From an uncultured Gemmatimonadota bacterium (GTDB lineage Bacteria; JAAXHH01; JABIQT01): a stretch of DNA of 64,000 bases. Positions 32,205 to 42,667 of the stretch are shown in pieces. Below the pieces are notes generated by a model. That model worked only from the letters and a program-made list of their open reading frames with translations, was not told the origin of the DNA and did not search any database. Every line of letters begins with the position of its first letter. Position 1 is the stretch's first letter. The stretch covers positions 11,990-75,989 of the forward strand of contig CAYYIS010000001.1 of the NCBI GenBank assembly GCA_964470965.1, in the 5' to 3' direction. A program made the position numbers and the translations under genes.

Positions 32205-32206
32205 CG

Positions 32207-32977
32207 ATGCCCCGATCCAAAATCCTCCTTCCAGCCAGATACTACCGAGCCCTGCCCATCGACAGATCGGGATATGAGGCCGTCAAGCTCGAGCTTAACG
32301 GTGCACGGACGGCGTTCATCGGGATGCATTGCTGGAACATCGGTTGTCCGGATGGACCGCCCGAAGATATGGATTTTTGTGTGGGTATGGGATGGCCGCA
32401 GTCAACCAGGGAGGCCGCCCGGATAATGGCGGATTCTATCCGACCGGCAATGGACGCGGCCCGGCAGGCTGGTATACCGGTGTGCCACGTGGAATCGGAC
32501 TGGATGGACAAGCAGTATCCTCATATTGCCTCCCGCCGCGACGCATCTGCCCCGGTAGGAACGTTGCAGCCGGGACACCAGGAGATGCTCGACCGTGCCC
32601 ACGGAGCCGGGTATCTTACCCGTTCTCCTCTGGCAAGAATGAAACGGGCGGCTATCGTGTCGCCGATCGGGAACGAACCGCTATTTTTCTATACTGATAC
32701 GTTCGATACCTATCTCAAAGAGCACGACATCGACACGTTGATTTATGCCGGATTCGCAACCGATATGTGCATCCTGGGAGCGGAAGGCGGTGCACGCGCT
32801 ATGCTGGCTCAGGGATACCGCTGCATCCTAATGCGTGACGCCACCGTTGGCGTAGAAACTCCGGAATCCTTCCCGGAACGTCTGGCGACCCGGTACGGGA
32901 TTCATCTGTTTGAATGGAGCCTTGGCCACAGTACTACGTTTGCGGAGTTTATGAAGGCACTTGACATCGGTAATTAA
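32207..32977 (+). CDS. Isochorismatase/cysteine hydrolase-family protein
   Basis: IDTLIYAGFATDMC and GYRCILMRDAT; ATG lies 2 nt after the upstream stop. Confidence 0.75.
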   Translation: MPRSKILLPARYYRALPIDRSGYEAVKLELNGARTAFIGMHCWNIGCPDGPPEDMDFCVGMGWPQSTREAARIMADSIRPAMDAARQAGIPVCHVESDWMDKQYPHIASRRDASAPVGTLQPGHQEMLDRAHGAGYLTRSPLARMKRAAIVSPIGNEPLFFYTDTFDTYLKEHDIDTLIYAGFATDMCILGAEGGARAMLAQGYRCILMRDATVGVETPESFPERLATRYGIHLFEWSLGHSTTFAEFMKALDIGN

Positions 32978-33063
32978 GCCAGTTTTACCAACATCGCGTC
33001 ATCCCGGGTTTTACCCCGCGGTGACGGCCATGAAGGATTGTTCACCCAACCGAAGGGATCCCC

Positions 33064-33888
33064 TTGTCCGACCAACTCTGGCCTGAAGATCAGATCGAAC
33101 AGTACACGGCATATCATGTCGCTACGTCGATCAACATCGACGGGCATCTCAACGAATCTGCCTGGCAGTCGGCACCCCGTTCGCCAAGGTTCCGGGATTT
33201 GATCTACGGAGAACCGGGGATCCATGATACCAGGGCGGCGGTACTCTGGGACGACACCTATCTGTATGTAGGCTACTGGATAGAAGAGCCCAATGTGCAG
33301 GCCACGCTGACTGAGCGGGATGATCTGATTTATTTGGACAATGATGTGGAGCTGTTTATCGACGGGAAAGATTGTTACTACGAGTTTGAAATCAACGCCC
33401 TCGGGACGATATATGAGGTGTTCTTCATCTGGGAAGAGGCATATGAGAAGGGCGGATTCAGTGGAATACCGGAGTTTAAGAGGGCCGTGAAAGGTGTAAA
33501 ACCGTTTCATGGTGTCGGCTACCAGCCCCATCCGAACGGGCCGCGTATCGGATACTGGAACTGGGATTTTCCAGGTCTTAAGAGTGCTGTGTATGTGGAT
33601 GGCACCCTCAATAACTGTGAGGATCGAGACCGAGGATGGACGGTCGAACTGGCCCTGCCCTGGCAGGGCATGAAATGGCTCGCCCATGCCGAAGGACGCT
33701 CCCTGCCGCCAAAGGACGGTGACACCTGGCGCATGGACTTCTCCCGGTTCAACACGTACAAACAAGCACCGCCTTCCACGGATCCGGGCGGCTGGGCCTG
33801 GAGTCCTCACGGCGTCTGGGATTCCCATGTGCCGGAGCGGTTCACCTACGTGCATTTTTCCTCGAAGCATGTGAACGAGATCGGATAA
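33064..33888 (+). CDS. Carbohydrate-binding family 9-like protein
   Basis: IDGHLNESAW, LWDDTYLY, DNDVELFID, YYEFEINA and WTVELALPW. Confidence 0.8.
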   Translation: MSDQLWPEDQIEQYTAYHVATSINIDGHLNESAWQSAPRSPRFRDLIYGEPGIHDTRAAVLWDDTYLYVGYWIEEPNVQATLTERDDLIYLDNDVELFIDGKDCYYEFEINALGTIYEVFFIWEEAYEKGGFSGIPEFKRAVKGVKPFHGVGYQPHPNGPRIGYWNWDFPGLKSAVYVDGTLNNCEDRDRGWTVELALPWQGMKWLAHAEGRSLPPKDGDTWRMDFSRFNTYKQAPPSTDPGGWAWSPHGVWDSHVPERFTYVHFSSKHVNEIG

Positions 33889-34110
33889 CGCCTTTCATAT
33901 CATCAGAAAAATCTGTGTCTTATCAGGATCTGTTCATCCTGTTCGAACAGGGTCAGTTGACTATTCGGTTAATTAAACAGAGAGACCAGGTCTCATTTAA
34001 TTCAGACGCCATTTTGTTCCAAGACAGGTTAACCGGATTCAATCGCGCCGCCGGAGGCTGGTTTACAGGAATACCGGCGGCAAAGCGATAAAAGAGTTCT
34101 AGGTGGACGG

Positions 34111-35160
34111 ATGATTGACTTATCAAAAATGTCGGGCGCTTCTCCGGAGATACAGACCGTACAGGCGGATCCCGGAAGATCATGGGCAAGACCTGCGGTT
34201 TTAGCCATCGATGCGCCGCCGGATGATGAAACGGATCCCCAGCCGGATGCCCGTTGGCCGGCGGATGCCGTGCGCACCGGCGTATGTGGATCGGTTACGC
34301 CGAGGGTCGTCACGCTGCGGGACGGCGGCTATCGAATGTATTACACACAGATTCTTCCGCGCGTAGGTTTCCCCGCGGGTGCCAACGACTACGATAACGC
34401 CTCGACCCGGATTCTCAGTGCCGTTTCGTCGGACGGAGAGACTTGGACACCGGAGCCGGGGGTGCGCCTTTCGCCCCGGGACGGCGGCGCAGGGGAGTTT
34501 CGGGTGGTGTGCGGTGATGTGGTTCCCAGGGAGGATCTTTCAGGCGGCCTCCGGATGTATTACGAGTGTTGCACCGGTTCACAGGCGGTTTCCAATACAA
34601 TCCGCAGTGCTATTTCCGAGGATGGGCTCGTCTGGTCGATGGAAACGGGCGACCGATACAGCGGGGGTGCTTTCTCGTCACCCCGGATCGTGTTTTTGGA
34701 AAACGGGCAGTGCCGACTGTATTTCTATAAACGGGGCCTCGGGATCATCAGCGCCCTCTCAATTGACGGCGGTTTGACATTTTCCGAGGACCAAGGTGTC
34801 CGAATTCTTCCCGGCAAGGTATATGCCGCGTTTGCCCCCGAGATCATACGTCTATCAGGTGGTGGCTATGTCATGTATTACGCAGGCTATAAAGGGCCCC
34901 GTGAGGCCTATATTCTCAGGGCCACATCTGAGGACGGTCTGGTATGGCACAAGGAGAATACGCCAACTATTTCGCCCGATCCCGGAACATGGGACGGCAC
35001 GAAATGTTCGGAGATGTGTGTTTTTCCGCTGTCTCCCCAAATTGACAGGCAGGATCAGCGCTATCGTATGGTTTACGAAGCGTGCGACGGGACGGCCATA
35101 GACAGACGGGGTGTCTGGCGGATCGTCAGTGTTACGAGTATCTCAGGTATGTCGACGTAG
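34111..35160 (+). CDS. Beta-propeller protein with Asp-box-like repeats (glycoside hydrolase-like)
   Basis: Repeated YRMYY...SAxSxDGxxW blades. The true start may be further downstream. Confidence 0.6.
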   Translation: MIDLSKMSGASPEIQTVQADPGRSWARPAVLAIDAPPDDETDPQPDARWPADAVRTGVCGSVTPRVVTLRDGGYRMYYTQILPRVGFPAGANDYDNASTRILSAVSSDGETWTPEPGVRLSPRDGGAGEFRVVCGDVVPREDLSGGLRMYYECCTGSQAVSNTIRSAISEDGLVWSMETGDRYSGGAFSSPRIVFLENGQCRLYFYKRGLGIISALSIDGGLTFSEDQGVRILPGKVYAAFAPEIIRLSGGGYVMYYAGYKGPREAYILRATSEDGLVWHKENTPTISPDPGTWDGTKCSEMCVFPLSPQIDRQDQRYRMVYEACDGTAIDRRGVWRIVSVTSISGMST

Positions 35161-35657
35161 CCGCCGTGCCCATTATTCGGTAGGTTTTCCGCGAATCTGA
35201 TGCCGGGCGGCACGTATTACATGTCCGTAGACTGCACCGTCCCGTCAACCGTCATGGTATGTGCGATAAGCAGAATGTGTGGACCTGTGAACCATCGGGT
35301 GGATCGGCCGACTGCAATTTTGTTATGAGGGCCGGCGTCCGATCCTCATTCAATCAGACGGAATACGGGAGTTTGTCGATCTTTGCAGGTGAAGGCTTCG
35401 CTTACACTATATTTATTTGAAATGAATGACGAAATGGCCGGATATTTCATGATTGGAAAGCGGGGTCGCCAGCGGGGGGGGAGGGACGTGATGCTGCCCT
35501 TTCTGACGTCGATAAATAACAGGGCGGTAGGATGCCTATGCCGCAGAAAGCGACGTACCGACTTTCTGGCCGTCGGTGATTGGTTAACACACCTGGGAAT
35601 ATAAATCGGAACCAACAAACAGGCACAGAAATCCTCTTCGTTGGGACAAAAGCTGTT

Positions 35658-36275
35658 ATGTCCGATAAAGAAACCTACATGATTCCTGCGCAGACACTCC
35701 GCATCGAACAGGAAATCAAACGCAGTCGATTTATAGCAACACTTGGGCATGCAGAAGATGCGGAGCAGGCGCAAGCGTTTATAGAAAGGGTTCGGGAGTC
35801 ATACCGGGATGCCAGTCACAACACCTGGGCGTATATGGCGGGACCGCCGGGCAACACGCTGGCTATCGGTATGAGCGACGATGGAGAGCCGCGCGGAACC
35901 GCGGGCAGACCCATGTTGAATGTGCTGCAACAGAACGAAATCGGTGAGATAGTGGCGGTGGTAACAAGGTTTTTCGGTGGGACCAAGCTGGGCGCCAGAG
36001 GCTTGACAAGAGCTTATTCTGGTTCCGTCAGCATGGCGCTGGATAGGCTACCGCTTACAGTGCGTATGGTGCTGGTTGCCGTAAGCATCCTGATACCGTA
36101 TCAGCAGGAAAACCCGGTGCGCCACCTTCTGTCCGGTATGGGCCTGGAAATTGAGAAGGCAGCTTATCGGGATAAGGTGGCGCTTCATGTGAGTGTTCCT
36201 TCGCAACAGATGGAAGAGCTCAAAAAGTGCGTTCGGGATGTGACATCGGGAACCGGTGCAGTAACCACAGGTTAG
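35658..36275 (+). CDS. yigZ: YigZ/IMPACT family protein
   Basis: IKRSRFIA, ASHNTWAY, SDDGEPRGTAG and VTRFFGGTKLG. Confidence 0.9.
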   Translation: MSDKETYMIPAQTLRIEQEIKRSRFIATLGHAEDAEQAQAFIERVRESYRDASHNTWAYMAGPPGNTLAIGMSDDGEPRGTAGRPMLNVLQQNEIGEIVAVVTRFFGGTKLGARGLTRAYSGSVSMALDRLPLTVRMVLVAVSILIPYQQENPVRHLLSGMGLEIEKAAYRDKVALHVSVPSQQMEELKKCVRDVTSGTGAVTTG

Positions 36276-36287
36276 CAGGATTAATCT

Positions 36288-37784
36288 ATGCGACTCACAA
36301 AAACGAATGTTCAGTGGCTAGGCCTGATCCTCGGTCCGCTATGTGCGTTTATGGCATATCTCCTGCTCCCGGAGACCTACCAGGATAGCGAAGGGGTGTC
36401 GGTCATGTTCTCCCACGCCGGACGGGCCACGGCGGTGCTGGCAGTTTGGATCGCCATCTGGTGGATGACCGAGGCGATCTCCATCTACGCTACCGCGCTG
36501 CTGCCCCTGGCGGTACTGCCCATGACCGGCGCTATGCCCATCCGTCAGGCCGCATCGCCGTACGCCAGTGAGTTGGTTTACCTGTTCATGGGCGGTTTTA
36601 TCCTGGCGCTGGCCATGCAGCGATGGGGGTTGCACCGAAGGTTCGCCCTGTCGGCCTTGCGGTTGGTGGGTACGCAACCACAGCGGCTGATAGGAGGGTT
36701 CATGGGGGTTACCGCTATCCTCAGCATGTGGGTCTCCAACACCGCAACGACGATTATGATGCTGCCCATTGCCCTGAGTGTGATCGAGCTGGCAAAAAAT
36801 AAGGAAGCAGGACAGCCGGATTCTAACGACAATTTTACGCCCTGTCTGCTGCTCGCAATCGCCTACGCCGCCTCGATCGGCGGTGTCGGTACGCTGATCG
36901 GCACGCCTCCGAACCTGTTCCTGGCTTCCTACATTAAAGACAATCTGGATCAGGAGATCAGTTTTGTTAGATGGATGGGCGTTGGCGTCCCGCTAGTAGC
37001 TGTATTCCTGCCGCTGGTGTGGCTGTTCATGACTCGTGTCATATTTCCGATTAGCAGCCCTGGTATCGAGGTTAAAGATACTATAACTGCCGAGGCATAC
37101 CAGGACCTCGGTCCCATGTCCCGCGGTGAATGGGCGGTCCTCTTCGTGTTTCTGGCAACCGTGTTCGCCTGGATATTCCGACCGCTGCTTCTGCAGATAG
37201 AAATAGCCGGCGTGCGACCGCTCGGTGGTATGACAGATTCTGGCATCGCCATTATGGCCGCACTGGCGTTGTTTGTAATCCCGGTCGACATAAAGGATCG
37301 GGTGTTTGTGATAGACTGGGGCACGGCGAAACAGCTGCCATGGGAAGTTCTAGTGTTGTTCGGGGGGGGCTTGAGTCTTGCCGCTGCCATAAGGGTGAAC
37401 GGTGTGGGTGAATATCTCGGTAATCAGGTTGGAAGCCTAGCCGGTATCCCGGACATGCTGTTGGTCGTCATTGTCATTACTATGGTAATTTGCCTGACCG
37501 AATTGACCAGCAATACCGCCACCACCGCTACAATGGTACCGATCTTGGCTGGCCTGGCGTCTGGGCTGGGTTTCCATCCGTTCACGCTGATCGTACCCGC
37601 CGCCATCGCCGCCAGCTGCGCCTTTATGCTGCCGGTAGCCACCCCCCCCAACGCCATCGTGTTTGGCTCCGGCTATGTTACCATGCAACAGATGATTCGG
37701 GCCGGGCTCTGGCTCAATATAATCGGGATAACAATTATCACAGTATTGCTGTATACGGTGATGGCCTGGGTGCTGGCGATTTAA
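36288..37784 (+). CDS. DASS/SLC13 sodium:dicarboxylate/sulfate symporter
   Basis: SMWVSNTAT, GTLIGTPPN, TELTSNTAT and LPVATPPNA. Confidence 0.93.
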   Translation: MRLTKTNVQWLGLILGPLCAFMAYLLLPETYQDSEGVSVMFSHAGRATAVLAVWIAIWWMTEAISIYATALLPLAVLPMTGAMPIRQAASPYASELVYLFMGGFILALAMQRWGLHRRFALSALRLVGTQPQRLIGGFMGVTAILSMWVSNTATTIMMLPIALSVIELAKNKEAGQPDSNDNFTPCLLLAIAYAASIGGVGTLIGTPPNLFLASYIKDNLDQEISFVRWMGVGVPLVAVFLPLVWLFMTRVIFPISSPGIEVKDTITAEAYQDLGPMSRGEWAVLFVFLATVFAWIFRPLLLQIEIAGVRPLGGMTDSGIAIMAALALFVIPVDIKDRVFVIDWGTAKQLPWEVLVLFGGGLSLAAAIRVNGVGEYLGNQVGSLAGIPDMLLVVIVITMVICLTELTSNTATTATMVPILAGLASGLGFHPFTLIVPAAIAASCAFMLPVATPPNAIVFGSGYVTMQQMIRAGLWLNIIGITIITVLLYTVMAWVLAI

Positions 37785-38229
37785 ACCACCTTGCAAAACT
37801 TCTTTGTGTTCGCCGATTCCTTGCCCCATAGACAGGTCTCTTTTCTGCAGAATTGTTCGTATCGAGGATCGATCGTACCGCGCCGTTTGGCCATATTGGA
37901 CAACCGGTTTCCAAAACCCATGGTGTCACATCGTAATGTTGCGTTGCTCTTTCTGGTTACCTGTCCCTGCCAAGGCGTTTAAAATTTCCAGAATAGCCAC
38001 CCCGTTTATATGCTTCAATTCTTTCATCGGCCATCCACCTGTTGCACATCAATAAGTCGTCTTATATATTCCTTCAATGCACTAAGGAGGATTTTCGATG
38101 CCTCAGAAAATATCCGAATTCGGAAGCAAGAAACCGGGTCCTGCTCGAGAGCGACAATGGGTTCGTTACCTGTCGGGATCGGGATTCCCTACTAGATGAA
38201 GGCACGACTGCTTTCGGCGGTGCGGTGTC

Positions 38230-38422
38230 GTTAGACCCGGAAGATACCATGCTGCTAGTTCGTTCTTATGTGGACCAGCATAACACCAAATATGGTTGGT
38301 CACAGGCATCCTGCAACGCGCCTGCCAGGCTCTGGTGACGCCGCCAAAGGCCCAGAAATGTGCGGGAGTTGGAGAACGCGATCGAGCCGGCGGTTATCGT
38401 CAGCCGCGCCGCCGGGGCTTGA
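38230..38422 (+). pseudogene. Relic of a sigma54-dependent enhancer-binding protein (C-terminal part of the AAA+ domain)
   Basis: One frame reads DPEDTMLLVRSYVDQHNTKYG...*RRQRPRNVRELENAIEPAVIVS, resembling RxEDIPLL and WPGNVRELENxIERA. Internal stop at 38336-38338. Confidence 0.7.
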
Positions 38423-38524
38423 ATCGGGTGGCGGGTGCGCCGAGGACCTGCCGGGCATAAAGCGCACCTCCCTCCAAACCGGTATGAAAAACCTGAGAAC
38501 CCCGAGACAGGAGTGACCTCCGAC

Positions 38525-40507
38525 ATGGCCGACCATGCCTCCCCTTCCGGCTTCGTCACATTACGCTCCGGCCTGATCGGCCTCATGTTTTCTGTGGTTG
38601 TGGGCGTGGGCGGGCAGCATGTCGCCAACATCTTTAATGCGCCAAACTTTGCGTATACCCACCTGCCGATGTGTTTGCTCATCCCATTTATGGCGTTTAT
38701 TCTGGCGCCTAACGTCTGGCTAAAATCGATTTCACCTCATTATGCCCTGACGCCCTCCGAGTTGCTGGTAATTTTCTCCATGGGGCTCATCGCCTCAATC
38801 GTTCCGGACTGGGCCATGAACTGGTACCTGATGTCGGTAATCACGGCACCCCGGTATTATGCCGGTCCCGAGAATCAGTGGGAGAGTAAATTTTTCGAAT
38901 TTCTGCCAGACTGGCTCGTTCTGGAGCAAAACACGGCGCTGGGCTTTTTCGAAGGGATCGCCCCCGGTGGCGGGATCCCCTGGACGGAATGGGCCACGCC
39001 CATGATCTGGTGGTTTTCCCTGATCTGCGCCATGCTGTTCGTGGGCGCCTGCCTGGTAGTCGTACTCCGCAAACAGTGGGTCGAGTACGAACGCCTGCGG
39101 TTCCCCCTCTGCGAAATCTCGACGCACCTAATTGGAGCCGAAGGTGATGATGCAAACGCTTCGGGATGGCCCCCATTCTACCGGACCCGGATTTTTCAAG
39201 TCGGGCTTATCCTCTCTCTGGTCTCCGCAGTTTACAACTGTGTCACCTTCTGGACTGGCTGGCCTCATATCCCGATCATGGGGTCTGATGTGTTCACGAT
39301 TACGTTCGCTCCCTCCTATCCGCCTCTGCCGGTGCGACTGAATGTCTTCAACTTGTGTTTCGCGTTCTTCATCAACGTGGAGATTCTGTTCAGTCTCTGG
39401 TTCTTTCAACTGTTCGGGATAATGCAGGCCGGAATGTTGAACAGAATCGGGATGGCCTCCACCACTCTGGTTCCGGGAGGATTGGTCTCTATACAGTTTG
39501 TCGGTGGCATGATATTCTTCGTTTTATGGGGATTATGGATGGCGCGGAGACATGTCCGTGAAGTAATTGCTCATGCTTTTGGGCAGAGAACTACGCTGGA
39601 TGACCGGGAAGAGATGTTTTCGTACAGGACGGCTGTATTCGGTCTGATCGTTGGCTTCCTGTATATCATTAACTGGTTGCACCAGGCTGGCGTCTCCATC
39701 CCTACAGTGTTGCTGTTTCTCTTCTTTCTGTTTATTTTTTACCTGGCCATGGCCCGAGTTCTGGCAGAGGCAGGACTCGTCATGGTCGATCTTCCCATCA
39801 ACGCGCACCAGTTCACGGTCAGCATGATCGGCTCCGGAAATCTTTCAGTACCCACTTTGACAGGCATGACACTGACCAACGCATTCGCACGCAACTGGCG
39901 GACGTTTACCATGATCGCCACCGCGCACGTCGCATGGTTCAAAGGGCATCTGAACAAGGTGTCAAGGGGGGCGGACCAAATCGGTAGAAGATGTGCAGGC
40001 GGGTTTTTCCTGTGGATCTGTCTTGCGTTCGGTGTCAGTGCCGCCTCGTCAATGATCTATCTGATCTATGCGGGTTATACCTACGGCGAGCAGAGCCTGC
40101 GCGGCGGAGCCATAGGCAGCCTTGGGAACGGTTTCTATAACATGGCCGTCGCCTGGATCGATAACGCCACGAGGATAACAGAACTGGAGGTTGTTTTTCT
40201 GGGGTCCGGTGGTCTCATGACTTTCCTGATGATCATCTGCCGGTACCTGTTTTACTGGTGGCCCCTGCATCCTATCGGTTTTGTGGTGGCGGCCTCTGCG
40301 CCGATCCGGGTGGCTTTTTTTCCGTTCCTGCTCGCCTGGCTTATACAGGTAATCCTGCTACGAATAGGCGGCGTGCGTCTATATCGTCGTGTGCAACCCC
40401 TGTTTCTTGGCCTGCTCGTCGGATACATCGGCGGTGCGGCTATCACATACCTGGTAGACTGGTTCTGGTTCATCGACACGCCGCATCTGTATGAGAACTT
40501 CTTCTAA
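38525..40507 (+). CDS. Polytopic membrane protein, DUF6785/DUF6784-like (putative transporter)
   Basis: Many TM helices; RKQWVEYERLRFPL, RVLAEAG and WWPLHPIG. ATG 38525 has GGAG upstream. Confidence 0.7.
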   Translation: MADHASPSGFVTLRSGLIGLMFSVVVGVGGQHVANIFNAPNFAYTHLPMCLLIPFMAFILAPNVWLKSISPHYALTPSELLVIFSMGLIASIVPDWAMNWYLMSVITAPRYYAGPENQWESKFFEFLPDWLVLEQNTALGFFEGIAPGGGIPWTEWATPMIWWFSLICAMLFVGACLVVVLRKQWVEYERLRFPLCEISTHLIGAEGDDANASGWPPFYRTRIFQVGLILSLVSAVYNCVTFWTGWPHIPIMGSDVFTITFAPSYPPLPVRLNVFNLCFAFFINVEILFSLWFFQLFGIMQAGMLNRIGMASTTLVPGGLVSIQFVGGMIFFVLWGLWMARRHVREVIAHAFGQRTTLDDREEMFSYRTAVFGLIVGFLYIINWLHQAGVSIPTVLLFLFFLFIFYLAMARVLAEAGLVMVDLPINAHQFTVSMIGSGNLSVPTLTGMTLTNAFARNWRTFTMIATAHVAWFKGHLNKVSRGADQIGRRCAGGFFLWICLAFGVSAASSMIYLIYAGYTYGEQSLRGGAIGSLGNGFYNMAVAWIDNATRITELEVVFLGSGGLMTFLMIICRYLFYWWPLHPIGFVVAASAPIRVAFFPFLLAWLIQVILLRIGGVRLYRRVQPLFLGLLVGYIGGAAITYLVDWFWFIDTPHLYENFF

Positions 40508-40789
40508 ATTGATGATTCCATGTTGTATATTGAAAATTGGAACTGGCATGCACATTTCGGTACCGGTACAACGGGATTGGAAAGGTAGTACAGGTTTGGA
40601 AATTCCTTGACACATGGACCGTACGGGATACTTTATTTCCATCTTCAACCGCTTCACGAAGCCGATGATAATAACTTAATAGGCATGGTCTATTTCTCTC
40701 TCGTGGTCGATGATCCACCTGCTTGAACTTTTACGCCAATCGGTTCAAATTTTGGTGGATGAACCCGAATAATTTACGCCCCAGTCCTT

Positions 40790-42664
40790 ATGTTAAAAAA
40801 TCCAGTAATCGGTGTCGGCACGTTCCAGGCTTCACCAAGGGCAAAAGAACTCGTAATGCAGGTTTTGAATACCAATCGCCTGTCTTACGGACCGATGACA
40901 CAGCAGTTTGAAGAACAATTTGCCAAACTGCATGGATGCCGGTTCGGTGTGATGAGCAACAGCGGCACCAGTGCTCTACATGTGGCCCTGGCAACCCTGA
41001 AGGAAATACACGGGTGGGATGATGGGGACGAAGTTCTGGTGCCTGCCGTCACCTTTGTCGCGACCTCAAATATCGTAATTCACAACAAGATGCAGCCTGT
41101 GTTTGTGGATGTCGAGCCTCAGTATTATGCTATAGACTCGGAAGCCATTGAGGAGAAGATAACTCCTAGAACTCGCGCCATAATTCCGGTACATCTTTTC
41201 GGACATCCTGCCGATATGGATCCGATACTGGACATCGCTTCCCGATATGGATTAAAGGTTATCGAGGATACGTGCGAGACAATGTTCGCCGGATATAAAG
41301 GGCGCAGTGTGGGCAGCATGGGCGACATCGGCTGTTTTTCCACGTATGTGGCTCATCTCATCGTAACAGGGGTCGGCGGCCTTAATACGACAAATGATGT
41401 GGAATATGCCATAAAACTGCGGTCCCTTGTCAACCATGGACGGGATTCAATCTATCTGAGCATAGACGATGACGACGGCAGAACGCCGGAAGAACTGCGC
41501 GTGCTGGTGCCGCGTCGGTTTTCCTTTGTAAGCGTTGGGCACAGCTTTCGAGTAACTGAAATGGAATCCGCTCTGGGTCTTGCGCAACTCGAAGAGTGGG
41601 AGCCCATGATCGCAACGCGCCGATCCAACGCCCGGCGTTTGATGGGCGAGTTGTCCCCCTTTGAAGACAGAATACAGTTGCCGTCTATACGTCCAGACTG
41701 TGAGCATTCCTTTATGATGTTTCCCATTGTCCTTCGGGATCAACCCAAAGCGGATCTGGTCAATTATCTGGAAGAGCGTGGTGTGGAAACGCGCGATATG
41801 CTGCCCCTGGTCAACCAACCTGTGTACCGTGATTTGTTAAATTTGCGTGCTGCGGATTACCCGGTAGCCGACTGGATCACGCGGAACGGTTTTTATGTTG
41901 GGTGCCACCAGGATCTGATGGAATCGGATCTCGAGTATATGTCTGAACTCTTTGCCAGATTCTGGAAACCGCGTGCTTCAGGCGTTCAGAATCAGAAAGC
42001 ACTGCTCGTGCTGATAGTTAATGACAAAACCCATGGGCTGGGTGAGGCGCTGGAATTGCTTCCGTTGGAATTGTTCGATGAAGTGGTTGCACTGACGGAC
42101 CGGGTTTCCGGCGATGATAAAACGCAATTGGCACAGCAGGGAATTCCAGAAATACCGTATCGCACAAATGCTTCCTCGACCTTCTCAGAAATGGACGAGA
42201 TGTTGTGTGAAAATATAATTTTCTATCCCATGGATGGAAGCCATGACGCCAGAGGCATCACGAAAATCCTGTTTAAGCTCGAAAACAGTTGCGACATGGT
42301 CATTGCCTCGCGTTTTCTCCCGGGTAGCGGCCGGCACGACAGGTATCAGCGGCTCCGGTACCGGAGCCTGGGAAACCGGTTGTTTACAACGCTCGCCAAT
42401 ATTCTGTTTTTCGGCAATCTCACGGATACACTCTGCCAGTTCCGGGGTATCAAGCACAACCGCCTTGAAAAGGAGGTTTTCACAGATTATGACGTGGAGC
42501 GCCTCTACCGGCTGTCCATCCGAGCTATGAAACAACGCTGGCACGTCGCCGAAATCCCCATAAATGAAGAAGTGGATCCGTCGCACACAAAGCAGCGACA
42601 TGCCTGGGGCAATGTATTCCCCCTGTTGGGCATCATATGGCGGGAATGGTTCCATAAGGATTAA
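40790..42664 (+). CDS. DegT-fold sugar 3-dehydratase-like domain (His replaces the PLP Lys) fused to a C-terminal GT2/DPM1-like domain
   Basis: NSGTSAL, IEDTCE and FSTYVAHLIVTGVGG; C-terminal DGSHD...DMVIASRF...LGNRLFT...LTDTLCQFRGI. Confidence 0.8.
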   Translation: MLKNPVIGVGTFQASPRAKELVMQVLNTNRLSYGPMTQQFEEQFAKLHGCRFGVMSNSGTSALHVALATLKEIHGWDDGDEVLVPAVTFVATSNIVIHNKMQPVFVDVEPQYYAIDSEAIEEKITPRTRAIIPVHLFGHPADMDPILDIASRYGLKVIEDTCETMFAGYKGRSVGSMGDIGCFSTYVAHLIVTGVGGLNTTNDVEYAIKLRSLVNHGRDSIYLSIDDDDGRTPEELRVLVPRRFSFVSVGHSFRVTEMESALGLAQLEEWEPMIATRRSNARRLMGELSPFEDRIQLPSIRPDCEHSFMMFPIVLRDQPKADLVNYLEERGVETRDMLPLVNQPVYRDLLNLRAADYPVADWITRNGFYVGCHQDLMESDLEYMSELFARFWKPRASGVQNQKALLVLIVNDKTHGLGEALELLPLELFDEVVALTDRVSGDDKTQLAQQGIPEIPYRTNASSTFSEMDEMLCENIIFYPMDGSHDARGITKILFKLENSCDMVIASRFLPGSGRHDRYQRLRYRSLGNRLFTTLANILFFGNLTDTLCQFRGIKHNRLEKEVFTDYDVERLYRLSIRAMKQRWHVAEIPINEEVDPSHTKQRHAWGNVFPLLGIIWREWFHKD

Positions 42665-42667
42665 TGG

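Noticed and set aside
32974-33870. Long antisense ORFs (e.g. 32974-33870, 51711-52658, 58458-59297, 62363-63442)
   Set aside because: They are shadows of well-supported opposite-strand genes in GC-rich DNA and carry no motifs.
38336-38338. Second Sec readthrough TGA
   Set aside because: No Cys-type motif or SECIS; the surrounding sequence is a degraded activator pseudogene.
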